Assembly (NCBI GenBank): GCA_943372295.1
Contig: CALRYC010000004.1
Coordinates: forward strand, 2,325 to 66,324
Length of the DNA: 64,000 bases
Origin: Chitinophaga pinensis
Lineage (GTDB): Bacteria > Bacteroidota > Ignavibacteria > Kapaibacteriales > Kapaibacteriaceae
Direction: 5' to 3'
The notes under the pieces: generated by a model
Database searches by the model: none
Told to the model about the DNA's origin: nothing
Seen by the model: only the letters and a program-made list of their open reading frames with translations
Position numbers and translations under genes: made by a program
Shown here: positions 46,531 through 55,829 of the stretch, in pieces
Layout of the letters: every line of letters begins with the position of its first letter
Position numbering within the stretch: position 1 is the stretch's first letter

Positions 46531-47528
46531 GATGTCACCTCTGCAACACTCCATGAAAGCGTCCGTCCGGCCCACATTGGCACGACCTCGCCATAGGACA
46601 TCGGGATCTGCATAGGTTCATCGACAAGCCGCACGGTCGTTGCCGGCGGGTCGACCTTATACAGGCGTCGGGCATTATCGCTGACGAATGCCTGAAGGTT
46701 GGCCTCAGCGCCATGACGAACGAACAGTTCGGCTAGCATCGGCAGGATGATCGGAGCGGTGAACACTCCGGCCGCGCACCCCGGAGCCTCTTTGGCATGA
46801 CGTGGGTGCGGGGCACTGTCGCTGCCCAGCATGAGCTTTGGATGCGCCGCAAGTGCGGCCGTCAGCAGGGCATGACGATCCTCCGGACGCTTTGCGATCG
46901 GCTTGCAGAATAGGTGCGGGTTCAGGAGGCCCCCTGCCACATCATCGAGTGTGATGATCAGGTGATGGGGCGTAACGGTTGCTTTGAGATTCTCGAACTC
47001 ATCAAGCAGGCCGACGGCTTTGGCCGTCGTGATATGCTCCATGGTGATCTGCAGCTTTGGGTAGCGTGTGGCAAGCTCGCGGTAGACCTCGCAGAACTCG
47101 GCCTCACGATCCATCACAAAACCATGTGTCTCACCGTGCACCAGCAGCGGGATGCCGAGCTCTTCCATCATGGCGAACACGTGATCCATCGCAAGCACCT
47201 CGCGCACGCCGGCCTCACTGTTGGTGGTGGCACCGGCAGGATAGAGCTTGATCCCGATGATATGGTCGCGCGCTTCCAGCAACTCCTGGCGCGTATAGTC
47301 GCGGAAGAACAGCGTCATGAACGGCATAAAGGCATGAGCCGCGGTGGCGCGTCGTACCTCGCCGGTGTACCAGTGCAGTCGGTCTACCGTATCGACCGGC
47401 GGCAAGAGATTCGGCATGATCACGGCACCGGCAAAGTGCTGTGCTGTAAGCGGTGCGACAACGTCGAGCATTGCATCCTGACGAACGTGCAGGTGCATAT
47501 CGAGGGGCGAGCGAAGGACAATTACCAT
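46527..47528 (-). CDS. pyrC: Dihydroorotase (E. coli PyrC type)
   Basis: [33 protein letters not shown] and LLVHGE track E. coli PyrC. I prefer the start at ATG 47528; the 47597 start would overlap the upstream gene. Confidence 0.88.
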   Translation of the reverse strand: MVIVLRSPLDMHLHVRQDAMLDVVAPLTAQHFAGAVIMPNLLPPVDTVDRLHWYTGEVRRATAAHAFMPFMTLFFRDYTRQELLEARDHIIGIKLYPAGATTNSEAGVREVLAMDHVFAMMEELGIPLLVHGETHGFVMDREAEFCEVYRELATRYPKLQITMEHITTAKAVGLLDEFENLKATVTPHHLIITLDDVAGGLLNPHLFCKPIAKRPEDRHALLTAALAAHPKLMLGSDSAPHPRHAKEAPGCAAGVFTAPIILPMLAELFVRHGAEANLQAFVSDNARRLYKVDPPATTVRLVDEPMQIPMSYGEVVPMWAGRTLSWSVAEVTS

Positions 47529-47541
47529 GCGACTTGAGAAG

Positions 47542-48009
47542 TTATCTGACGAGTGAATAATCCGGGATATCTGTTTGAGGTTCGACCGTACCGTCATCGG
47601 CGATGCGCGCGCAGAACGCCGTCAGTCCATTGGTCAGAAGGATGAAGGGGGCTTTGAGCGACAAATTATACCAGGCAGTCTGACGCAGAGTGGTATCGTT
47701 GATCGAAGTTGTTGTGGCCTTGCATTCGACCAGCAGAAAGGGATTCAGATGCGCATCGCGCCAGAGCAGGTCGAAGCGCTGCGCATTGGCGGCGGAGGTA
47801 CGATCGACGCTGCGCTCGACGCTGCAGCGGCCCATGGGGTAGCCCCGAGACAGCAGCCAGTGAAGGCAGTGCTGGCGGACCCATTCTTCGGGGGTCAGGG
47901 ATACGTAGCTGCGCCGGACAGGGTCGAAGATCTTTGTGGCATGATCATCACGGGAGATCTTCATGTCGAACGACGGAAAGATCAATGCTGGAAGCAGATC
48001 CCGGCTCAT
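47542..48009 (-). CDS. HsdR-N-terminal-domain (PD-(D/E)XK-like) stand-alone protein
   Basis: 155 aa from ATG 48009. [21 protein letters not shown]...FDLLW...LLVECKA is the pattern of stand-alone 'type I restriction enzyme HsdR N-terminal domain' proteins. Confidence 0.75.
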   Translation of the reverse strand: MSRDLLPALIFPSFDMKISRDDHATKIFDPVRRSYVSLTPEEWVRQHCLHWLLSRGYPMGRCSVERSVDRTSAANAQRFDLLWRDAHLNPFLLVECKATTTSINDTTLRQTAWYNLSLKAPFILLTNGLTAFCARIADDGTVEPQTDIPDYSLVR

Positions 48010-48281
48010 CGACGTCCAGTTGCTCGGATGTCGCGAACCTTCTTCGTGAGCATATACGTGATAAACAGAAAGGCCACACCGTTGGCCCAGATGATGCTCA
48101 CGTCCATGCGGATGATCCCGTAGGCCAGCCAGAGAATGCATCCGCTGATCATAAGCCAAAGCATGCCAACACTCAATTGCTCCACCTGCTGAGTGCGCCA
48201 GACGCGGAAGGCCTGAGGGGCAAGTGCAAACGTTGAACAACAACCGGCGACCAGGCCAAGGATCACAACAGGGTCAAGCAC
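48006..48281 (-). CDS. SemiSWEET / PQ-loop family small transporter
   Basis: 91 aa, three TM helices, PQ motif (LAPQAFRVWRT). ATGA overlap with the downstream gene. Confidence 0.75.
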   Translation of the reverse strand: MLDPVVILGLVAGCCSTFALAPQAFRVWRTQQVEQLSVGMLWLMISGCILWLAYGIIRMDVSIIWANGVAFLFITYMLTKKVRDIRATGRR

Positions 48282-48296
48282 GCTAGGGGGCTTTCG

Positions 48297-49073
48297 TTAC
48301 GGGGTTGAAGCGATCATCCGGTAATGAGGGATGACGATATGTGGCATGTTGGTCACGATGCCGTTAGCGCCATGGTCGAGCACGAACTCCAGCTCCTGCG
48401 GCGTGTTAACCGTGTAGATGCCGAAGGGAATTCCGGCATGACGGCAGGCATCCGAGCGTTCCTTCGTCAGCTCTTCGATCGAGCAGCCGAACCCATCGGC
48501 TCCGCAGGAGCGCACAACACGTACCGGCGAGCGTCCATCTCCCGGCACGTTCAGGGCGATTGTGCGCACATCGGGAGCTACCGACCGGAGGTAGACCAGA
48601 GCCGAGTGGTCGAAGGATGAGAACACGCACTTACCGAACATTTCCAATCCACGTACCAGGGCAAGAAGTTCTGCCAGTTCGGCGGCGGCCTCTTCGGAAG
48701 CTGCCCGGGGCTTGATCTCGATGTTGACGTAGGCCCGGCCGCGAAGTTCTTGAAGAACATCGATGAGGGCAGGAATGCGTTGTCCGACGAAGCTTGGACT
48801 AAACCACGAGCCGGCGTCAAGCTGCCGCAGCTCGTCATACGTACGATCCTTGATAAGCCCCGTTCCATTGGTCGTGCGCTCAAGAGTATCGTCATGGAAC
48901 ACGACCATTTTCCGGTCACTTGTGTATTGCACGTCGATCTCGACCATGGGCGCCCCACACTCGAGCGCCATGACAACAGCGGCCATCGTATTCTCGGGCG
49001 CCATCCCCGACGCGCCGCGGTGCGCGCAGACGATGAAGGAGTTTTCTTCAACGAACTCGTTGAACGGGATCAT
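48297..49073 (-). CDS. Glycerophosphodiester phosphodiesterase
   Basis: VCAHRGASGMAPENT and VEIDVQ motifs of the GDPD family; 258 aa. Confidence 0.85.
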   Translation of the reverse strand: MIPFNEFVEENSFIVCAHRGASGMAPENTMAAVVMALECGAPMVEIDVQYTSDRKMVVFHDDTLERTTNGTGLIKDRTYDELRQLDAGSWFSPSFVGQRIPALIDVLQELRGRAYVNIEIKPRAASEEAAAELAELLALVRGLEMFGKCVFSSFDHSALVYLRSVAPDVRTIALNVPGDGRSPVRVVRSCGADGFGCSIEELTKERSDACRHAGIPFGIYTVNTPQELEFVLDHGANGIVTNMPHIVIPHYRMIASTP

Positions 49074-50026
49074 GCCTGCTTCTCCTGAAGCGATTGTTGG
49101 AGCGATGTGGCAAAGATGCCTTGGGAAGGGCCTCTATAACCGCGCACAATATCGGCAAAGTTCATCCGACGGCGTCCCGGAAGTTGTACCTCCAGAAGCG
49201 ACAATGCACCGTCGGCGCACCCGGCAATAAGCCGATCGCCTTGAATGACCCAGCCTCCGCACGGCACAACGTCGCTGATGCGCTCGGCCGAGAAGACCTT
49301 GAGCACGTCGTCATTCCATATCGTCCACGCCGCCGGCGCCGGGCTATGCCCACGGATGAAGTTTCGTATGTGCTCCCGGGAGTTTTGCCAGTCGATGCCG
49401 GCATGTTCTCGGAACACCTTTGGTGCCGGAGTGGCCAGAGCATCGTTCTGCGGTAATGTCACAACAGGGCCGGAGAGCAGCTTGCCGACCGTGGTTACGG
49501 CGCAATCGGCAGCAAGGGGCATGAGTGCCTCGTAGAGGTCGCCGGCCGTCATCGCGTCACCGATCGCAACCAAGCGCTGCTCGATCAGTTTGCCGGTGTC
49601 GACCACGTCATTGAGCAGAAACGACGTCACACCGGAGGTGGTCTCGCCGTTCATGATGGCATGATTGATGGGAGCCGCACCACGATACTTCGGCAGCAGC
49701 GAGGCGTGGACGTTAAAGGCGCCGCATTCGGCCAGCGTATAGACCGACCGCGGCAGGATTCGGAAGGCGATCACGCAAATGATAAGGGGCTTGCGGCTTC
49801 GGATCTCTTCAACGAATGCCTCATCACGCAGTGACGTCGGCTGCAAGATGTCGGTGATGCCCAGCTGCATGGCAGCAACCTTCACGGCACTCGGCGTGGT
49901 CTGCAGGCCCCGTCCCTTCTGACGATCCGGCACCGTGACAACAGTGGAGACCCCATACTGCCGGTGAAGTGCTTCGAGCGCCGGAACGGCAAACTCCGGC
50001 GTGCCCATGAAGATGATCGATGCCAT
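49070..50026 (-). CDS. fmt: Methionyl-tRNA formyltransferase
   Basis: IIFMGTPEFAVP, FNVHASLLPKYRGAAPINHAI; 318 aa. Confidence 0.92.
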   Translation of the reverse strand: MASIIFMGTPEFAVPALEALHRQYGVSTVVTVPDRQKGRGLQTTPSAVKVAAMQLGITDILQPTSLRDEAFVEEIRSRKPLIICVIAFRILPRSVYTLAECGAFNVHASLLPKYRGAAPINHAIMNGETTSGVTSFLLNDVVDTGKLIEQRLVAIGDAMTAGDLYEALMPLAADCAVTTVGKLLSGPVVTLPQNDALATPAPKVFREHAGIDWQNSREHIRNFIRGHSPAPAAWTIWNDDVLKVFSAERISDVVPCGGWVIQGDRLIAGCADGALSLLEVQLPGRRRMNFADIVRGYRGPSQGIFATSLQQSLQEKQA

Positions 50027-50601
50027 CAGCCGTGCATCGTCGGTTGATTGGTCATCGAACGGATAATGTCGGCCTCGATTCGGCCGAACTCTTTAAGTCG
50101 ACGCTTGACGTCCACCACCGGGAAGTACTCACGGGCGATGTCCGTATAAGCGCGGTAATGTCCGGCCTCGCTCGCCAGCAGACTCTTATACAGGGCCCGC
50201 ATATCCTCGGTTATTGCGTGCTCGGCCAGAAGGGAGAAGCGTTCGCAGGATCGCGCCTCGATGAACGCACCCACAATGAGCGAGTCTAAGAGTCGGTGTG
50301 GCTCGCTCTTGCGGATCTGCTCGTGAAGAAGCTGCGCATACCGGTTGCCGGTATCGTGACGCAGTGTGAAGCCCCTTGACTCGAGCTCTTTGACGACTAG
50401 CTCGAAGTGTTCCAGCTCCTCCTTGGCAAGATCGATCATGTCCTTTACCAGACGCGTGCGCTCGGGATAGCGATTGATCATCGCAAGGGCGAACGCCGCA
50501 GCCTTCTTCTCGCAATGGGCATGGTCGATCAGGATCTCAATCAAATGGTCGTTGGCAACTCCGATCCACTCGGGATTGGACTCGCATTCAAGGCAAAGCA
50601 T
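50026..50601 (-). CDS. miaE: tRNA-(ms2io6A37)-hydroxylase
   Basis: 191 aa. LIDHAHCEKKAA...EELEHFELV...IEARSCERF...EAGHY di-iron motifs typical of MiaE. Confidence 0.82.
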   Translation of the reverse strand: MLCLECESNPEWIGVANDHLIEILIDHAHCEKKAAAFALAMINRYPERTRLVKDMIDLAKEELEHFELVVKELESRGFTLRHDTGNRYAQLLHEQIRKSEPHRLLDSLIVGAFIEARSCERFSLLAEHAITEDMRALYKSLLASEAGHYRAYTDIAREYFPVVDVKRRLKEFGRIEADIIRSMTNQPTMHG

Positions 50602-50622
50602 GGGACGAAGTTACCGAGAATA

Positions 50623-50760
50623 GGTGTGAGGTGTGAGGTGTGGGGTGTGAGGTTGTCATTCCTGCGAAAGCAGAAATCCACGTATTCGAAGATGGATTCC
50701 CGCTTTCGCGGAAATGACGGCAGTACCCAGTACCCAGTACCCAGTACCCAGTACCCAGTC
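50623..50760. repeat. Composite repeat locus E: (GGTGTGA)x4 (50623-50650) + two-hairpin core (50656-50712) + (CAGTACC)x5.7 (50721-50760)
   Basis: Counted base by base. Lies between the stop of the beta-lactamase-like gene (50762) and the miaE start (50601), i.e. in the miaE promoter region. Confidence 0.95.
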
Positions 50761-50761
50761 T

Positions 50762-52069
50762 CTACTTCGCCAGAAGCTGCACGGCGCGTTCCATCAAGCC
50801 GGCGAATCGGGTTTCATCTACGCCGCCTTTGGGATCAAGCCAGGTGCCGCTGACGGCGTACCAGGTGCCGTTGGAGTGTTCCAGAAGGTAGGTCATGTTG
50901 ATGACTCCGGGTTCCGAGCCCCCTTTGTAGCAGGCGCGTTTCCAGGATCTGTCGATCTGCACTCCGCGATTGATACCGAGGATCTCCAGTGCCGTGGGGT
51001 CTTTGTGCATGAGCGCATCACGACGCAGCCAGTCCATTGCACGTGTCAGCTCTGCAGTGGTAGCAAACCACTCGATCGTATCGGGGGATGTCGGTTCCAT
51101 GGTGAAGTTGATTGAGTCATACGCTACGGCGGTGTCGATGTCCGACAGCATGGCGACTTTTTCCTCGGATGGTTTGCCGGCGTACTTCAGAGCAAGGCCG
51201 CCCGGAGTGTACTTCAGCTTGAAGGCCTGTAGCGTCGTCAGAAACGGCAGGTTGAGCTCAGGTCGGTCATGTCCCATGGCTGACTGCTGCTGTGCGACCT
51301 TGTTCTGCCTAAGTAGCCGGATAAGCGCATCAGTTGCGGTGTTGTCACTCTCGGAGATCATCATGGCAGCCAGAGTATGCAGTGTAAGGGGCGAGCCATG
51401 CGGCCACGTATGAAGACGTCCCGACGGCAAAGAACGGTATGCCGAGTCGAGCCGAACGATATCGGTCCACGAGCGCTCCTTCTGACGGATCGAGCGGACG
51501 AGTTCGCCCAGGACGTAGAGCTTAAACGTCGATCCGATGGGCAGGTGCTCTGCGGTGTTGATCGAGGCGATCACCGACCCACCGGTAAGGTTGGTGACCG
51601 TGAAGGAGGTCCTACCGCTCAGCGCCGCGAAGTTCTTGCCGAGCGAATCAAGAGTTGCCACGGCCTTGACGGGTGGACGTAGGAAGAAACCCGATATCAA
51701 GTAGGGGGCCTGTGCTTCAATGGTCAGCAGCACGGGGATGCTGTATCCGTTCTTGGTTGTTGCCTCGGCCGCAACTTGATACGCCGAGCGTCGTTCCACG
51801 ATGCGCATGCCCGTGCACGGCCCTGTCTCAATCGTCATCTGCTGCACGAGCATCCCGAGTTTCATCGGCGGCACCTGCTTGAGGAACTGACCGGTGAATG
51901 TCGAATCGTACATCACCGGCAGGCCGGAGATTATCCGACACACATCGTCGAGTCGGCGCGTGATGGCCGCATCGTCGCCGCACAACAGTGCACTTGGCAT
52001 CACCAGCGTCAACAACAGTGTCAGCCCGACCACTCCATGGAGTGGCCGCAGCAAGCCGTTCGTCTTCAT
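50762..52069 (-). CDS. Secreted serine hydrolase, class A beta-lactamase-like fold with N-terminal extension
   Basis: 435 aa with a signal peptide. S-T-F-K (PIGSTFKLY), S-D-N (SESDNTA) and K-G-G (YKGGSEPG) motifs in class A order. Confidence 0.75.
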   Translation of the reverse strand: MKTNGLLRPLHGVVGLTLLLTLVMPSALLCGDDAAITRRLDDVCRIISGLPVMYDSTFTGQFLKQVPPMKLGMLVQQMTIETGPCTGMRIVERRSAYQVAAEATTKNGYSIPVLLTIEAQAPYLISGFFLRPPVKAVATLDSLGKNFAALSGRTSFTVTNLTGGSVIASINTAEHLPIGSTFKLYVLGELVRSIRQKERSWTDIVRLDSAYRSLPSGRLHTWPHGSPLTLHTLAAMMISESDNTATDALIRLLRQNKVAQQQSAMGHDRPELNLPFLTTLQAFKLKYTPGGLALKYAGKPSEEKVAMLSDIDTAVAYDSINFTMEPTSPDTIEWFATTAELTRAMDWLRRDALMHKDPTALEILGINRGVQIDRSWKRACYKGGSEPGVINMTYLLEHSNGTWYAVSGTWLDPKGGVDETRFAGLMERAVQLLAK

Positions 52070-53250
52070 TTCAACTCCAATAAGGTGGAGACACGTGCTG
52101 ATGCTGACTCAAGAACAACGGCGTAGCTACCCGCAGGGAGCTTCGACAGATCAACGTCACGCTCTTGAGTGCCGGACTCTGCGGATTGATCTGCCACAAC
52201 AAGGGTGGTGAACATGGCCGCGTTGCAGATCTTCAGCGAGACGCGCTGCACATCAGGAACGGTGTAGCGGATGCGATACATAGAGCCGCTCATGCCGAGT
52301 CGGGTAACACTGATCGATGGCAGTCTCACGTCGCGCAACCGAGAGGCGGCCTCAGCACTTTCGGCGCGCAGGTAGAGCATTATGGCAGCGGCCGGACCCG
52401 AGTCCTCGCACTCCGACGTGGTCAGGTATCCATCAGCACTGGCCGTGAAGCAGACCGCTTCGCCCTGACGCTCGGGTTGGTATGGGACGCTTGTCCCTGT
52501 TCCCACGATCGCGCTGGTCAGAGGCTTCGTGGTATCCCGCTGCCACATCCATATTCGATGGTAGTTCTTCAAAAGAATCCTCCGACCGTCATCGGAGACG
52601 TCGCCGGCAGTGATGAGCTGATGGGGAAGGTCGCCATCGCGTCGAAGTGTGCGCTCGGAGCCGGACACATGCGGCGCCGAGACGGAGTATACCCTGCAGC
52701 GGCTCTCGCGCTTGGTGACAATGATGATGTCCCCCGATCGCGGATCCACGAGGAGAGCCTCGGCATCGCGCGCGCCATCCGGGTAGCGAAGCACGAAGCG
52801 CTCAATAGAGTCGGCAGGTATGCTGATACGAGCATCTCTCCAAGCTGTGTCGACCTGTGGTTCGCGGAGGCGATAAATGACGATCGATCCGCGTTTGCCG
52901 GAGTTATCTCCGATATCGGCCAGGTACAGATACGACACGCCCGGCACGGGGCCCGGGCCGCGGGCCATGTCCTCCCAGTCAATATGCGTCGAGCCGAGTA
53001 GGCGCACCACAGCAGCTACCCGTCCGGGCAATAGAACGGCAAAGATGCGTGGCTCATCACCTGAGTCGTTGTGCATCCACAATACACCGGGTGTCTGTGT
53101 TGATGCTACCAGGCCCGACACTTCCGGCAGGGTGGCAAGCGGCGTCGTGCCAACCCGAAACGGTCCACCGAACCACAACGGTTCGGTTTGGTTCTGAGCC
53201 AAACAGGCTACCGAGAGCGCAAGCAGGACGATCAGCTGAAGAGTCGGCAT
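52066..53250 (-). CDS. Secreted beta-propeller-like protein with T9SS-type C-terminal domain
   Basis: 394 aa with a signal peptide. LPEVSGLVAS...WMHNDSGDEP motif. The C-terminus VSLKICNAAMFTT...LPAGSYAVVLES resembles a Por-secretion tail. The start ATG directly follows the leuS TAG. Confidence 0.65.
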   Translation of the reverse strand: MPTLQLIVLLALSVACLAQNQTEPLWFGGPFRVGTTPLATLPEVSGLVASTQTPGVLWMHNDSGDEPRIFAVLLPGRVAAVVRLLGSTHIDWEDMARGPGPVPGVSYLYLADIGDNSGKRGSIVIYRLREPQVDTAWRDARISIPADSIERFVLRYPDGARDAEALLVDPRSGDIIIVTKRESRCRVYSVSAPHVSGSERTLRRDGDLPHQLITAGDVSDDGRRILLKNYHRIWMWQRDTTKPLTSAIVGTGTSVPYQPERQGEAVCFTASADGYLTTSECEDSGPAAAIMLYLRAESAEAASRLRDVRLPSISVTRLGMSGSMYRIRYTVPDVQRVSLKICNAAMFTTLVVADQSAESGTQERDVDLSKLPAGSYAVVLESASARVSTLLELK

Positions 53251-55806
53251 CTAGCGGACGATGAAGTTGATGAGTTTATTCGGAACGAAGACCTCCCGGA
53301 CGATCTCCTTTCCGTCAAGATGCCGGGCAATGGCCTCATCCAGACGTGCCAGGGATCCTGTCGTGGCCGCATCCGCATCGATGGGTACGATGATCTTCCC
53401 GCGGATCTTCGAGCTTACCTGCACCACGATCTCTACCTCGCTCAGTACAAGCTTGGACGGATCGAATTCCGGGAAGGTAGATGTGTGCACAGAGCCCTCG
53501 CCACCGAGGATGTGCCAAAGCTCTTCAGTGATGTGTGGCGCGAAGGGGGCAAGGCACTGCACATACTGGAGCATTGCCACACGCGGACGTACGTCAAGCT
53601 TGGTAAACTCGTTGACGAAGATCATCATCTGCGCGATCGCCGTGTTAAAGCTGATGGCGTCAACATCCTCCCGGATCTTCTTGATCGTTGCATGCAGCAC
53701 GCGCTCGAGTTCCGGCGGACATGGCACGTCCTGCACAGCAGGCCAGAGCGTGCTGTCTTCGGTGGCAATCATTCGCCACGACCGGTTAAGAAAACGCGTG
53801 ACACCCTCGATGCCCGTGGTGTTCCAGGGCTTGGAGGCTTCGAGCGGACCAAGGAACATCTCATAAAGGCGCAGAGCATCGGCGCCGTGAGCGGCGATGA
53901 CCTCGTCAGGGTTGACGACGTTGCCGAGCGACTTGGACATCTTACGTCCGTCTTCGCCCATGATCAGTCCCTGGTGAAAGAGGCGTTTGAACGGCTCGGG
54001 AGTGGAGACGTAGCCATAGTCATACAGCACCTTGTGCCAGAAGCGGGCATAGAGAAGGTGCAGCACCGCATGCTCGCCGCCTCCCATGTAGAGGTCTACA
54101 CCGTCGGCGCCCATCCAGTACTTCTCGGCTTCGGGGTCGCAGAACGTCGACGCATTAAACGGGTCGCAATAGCGCAGATAGTACCAGCACGAGCCGGCCC
54201 ACTGCGGCATCGTGTTTGTCTCCAGACGCGCCTTCTTGCCCGTTTTTGGGTCGATGAAGTTCACCCATGACTCGACGGTGGCAAGTGGCGACTCGCCCGT
54301 ACCGGCGGGTTTGAACTCGGCTACCTCCGGCAAGAGCAGTGGAAGCTCGTAGGCCTCAAGTGCGCGCTTGGTGCCGTCGTCGAAGAACATGATCGGTATC
54401 GGTTCGCCCCAGTAGCGCTGACGTGAGAACAGCCAGTCGCGCAGGCGGTACTGCAGGCGCCCCTTGCCAACACCCGACGATTCGAGCCATGCGATGATGG
54501 TCGACTTTGCGTCGGCCGTCGGCAGACCATTCAGGCTGACATGCTCGTTCTCGGAGTTCAGTCCAACGCCTTCGTCGGAGAATGCCGCGTCGGCAACGTC
54601 GATCGTTGAGCCATCGATCGGCTGAACCACTTGCACGATCGGCAGGCCAAAGGCGGTGGCAAACTCGTGATCACGCTCATCATGTCCGGGTACGGCCATG
54701 ATCGCACCTGTGCCGTAGTGAGCCAGCACGTAATCGGCAACCCAGATCGGCACGGCCGCGCCATTGGCCGGGTTGATGGCATATGCACCTGTGAACACAC
54801 CCGTTTTGACCTTGCTGAGCTCGGTTCGCTCGAGGTCACTTTTTAGAGCTGAGGTTTCGCGGTATGCGAGAACCTCGATGCGCTGCTCGTCTGTAACAAG
54901 GTGATCGACGATCGGATGCTCGGGAGCAACAACAAGATATGTGGCACCAAAGAGTGTGTCAGGACGAGTCGTAAACACTGTTATCGAGTGCTGAAGGTCC
55001 TGCACTGGGAAATGCACCTCAGCCCCCTCACTGCGTCCTATCCAGTGACGCTGCATGTCCAGCGTGGATGACGGCCAGTTGAGGATGTGGAGATCAGCAA
55101 GCAAACGCTCGGCGTATTCCGTAATGCGCAGCATCCACTGACGCATCGGCCGTCGTTCAACGCTGTAGCCCTTGTCTTTCCACTCGTCGACCTCTTCGTT
55201 GGCAAGCACCGTGCCGAGGGCCTCACACCAGTTCACGGGCGAGTAGGCGACATAAGCAAGACGATGCCGGTCGCGGTAGTCTTCGATGTCTGTGGCGGAG
55301 GTCAGCTCTGCTGGGATCGGCAACTCTTCGATCGGAAGGGCCTTGCCTGCAGCACGGTCGAACCACGAGTTGTACATGATCAGAAACATCCACTGCGTCC
55401 AGCGGTAGTAGTCCGGAAGCGTGGTGTTAACCTCGCGTGACCAGTCGTAATCGAAGCCGATGGCGTTGAGCTGACGTTTGAACGTGGCAATGTTGTTTGC
55501 CGTAGCGATCGACGGGTGAATCCCCGTCGTCATGCTGTAGCGCTCCGTTGGCAGACCAAACGCATCGAAGCCCATCGGATGCAGGACGTTGAAGCCGCAC
55601 ATCCGCTTAAATCGGCTGATGATATCCGTGGCTGTGTATCCTTCCGGATGGCCAATATGCAGTCCGGCCCCTGACGGATAGGGGAACATGTCAAGAACGT
55701 AGTACTTCGGCTTCGAGCGGTCGCTGCTGACGGCCGTAGTGCCATACTGCGCCCAGTGGCGCTGCCATTTTTCTTCGATGGATGCGAATGGATAGTGCAT
55801 CCGCAA
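53251..55806 (-). CDS. leuS: Leucyl-tRNA synthetase
   Basis: 851 aa. PYPSGAGLHIGHPEGY (HIGH) and KMSKSLGN (KMSKS) motifs. Confidence 0.95.
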   Translation of the reverse strand: MRMHYPFASIEEKWQRHWAQYGTTAVSSDRSKPKYYVLDMFPYPSGAGLHIGHPEGYTATDIISRFKRMCGFNVLHPMGFDAFGLPTERYSMTTGIHPSIATANNIATFKRQLNAIGFDYDWSREVNTTLPDYYRWTQWMFLIMYNSWFDRAAGKALPIEELPIPAELTSATDIEDYRDRHRLAYVAYSPVNWCEALGTVLANEEVDEWKDKGYSVERRPMRQWMLRITEYAERLLADLHILNWPSSTLDMQRHWIGRSEGAEVHFPVQDLQHSITVFTTRPDTLFGATYLVVAPEHPIVDHLVTDEQRIEVLAYRETSALKSDLERTELSKVKTGVFTGAYAINPANGAAVPIWVADYVLAHYGTGAIMAVPGHDERDHEFATAFGLPIVQVVQPIDGSTIDVADAAFSDEGVGLNSENEHVSLNGLPTADAKSTIIAWLESSGVGKGRLQYRLRDWLFSRQRYWGEPIPIMFFDDGTKRALEAYELPLLLPEVAEFKPAGTGESPLATVESWVNFIDPKTGKKARLETNTMPQWAGSCWYYLRYCDPFNASTFCDPEAEKYWMGADGVDLYMGGGEHAVLHLLYARFWHKVLYDYGYVSTPEPFKRLFHQGLIMGEDGRKMSKSLGNVVNPDEVIAAHGADALRLYEMFLGPLEASKPWNTTGIEGVTRFLNRSWRMIATEDSTLWPAVQDVPCPPELERVLHATIKKIREDVDAISFNTAIAQMMIFVNEFTKLDVRPRVAMLQYVQCLAPFAPHITEELWHILGGEGSVHTSTFPEFDPSKLVLSEVEIVVQVSSKIRGKIIVPIDADAATTGSLARLDEAIARHLDGKEIVREVFVPNKLINFIVR

Positions 55807-55829
55807 ATATAGGGGGCGAGTGTTGTGGG

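Noticed and set aside
47542-48009. HsdR N-terminal domain gene as part of a type I restriction-modification system
   Set aside because: There are no hsdM, hsdS or helicase-domain hsdR genes nearby. This 155-aa stand-alone form is a common orphan family.
50762-52069. Calling the class-A-fold serine hydrolase an antibiotic-resistance beta-lactamase
   Set aside because: Only the SxxK/SDN/KGG motif order is visible. The third motif is KGG rather than KTG/KSG, and there is a large N-terminal extension. Substrate cannot be inferred from the sequence alone.
53188-54270. 360-aa plus-strand ORF, and similar long antisense ORFs (12491-13489, 17918-18619, 19489-20194, 36004-36720, 39150-39863, 43956-44588, 46914-47537, 52165-53001, 62104-62733)
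   Set aside because: Each lies entirely opposite a gene with strong family motifs (leuS, acs, hisS, the kinase, the giant T9SS protein, the helicase, pyrC, the beta-propeller protein, xer/ALDH). None has a recognisable motif of its own.
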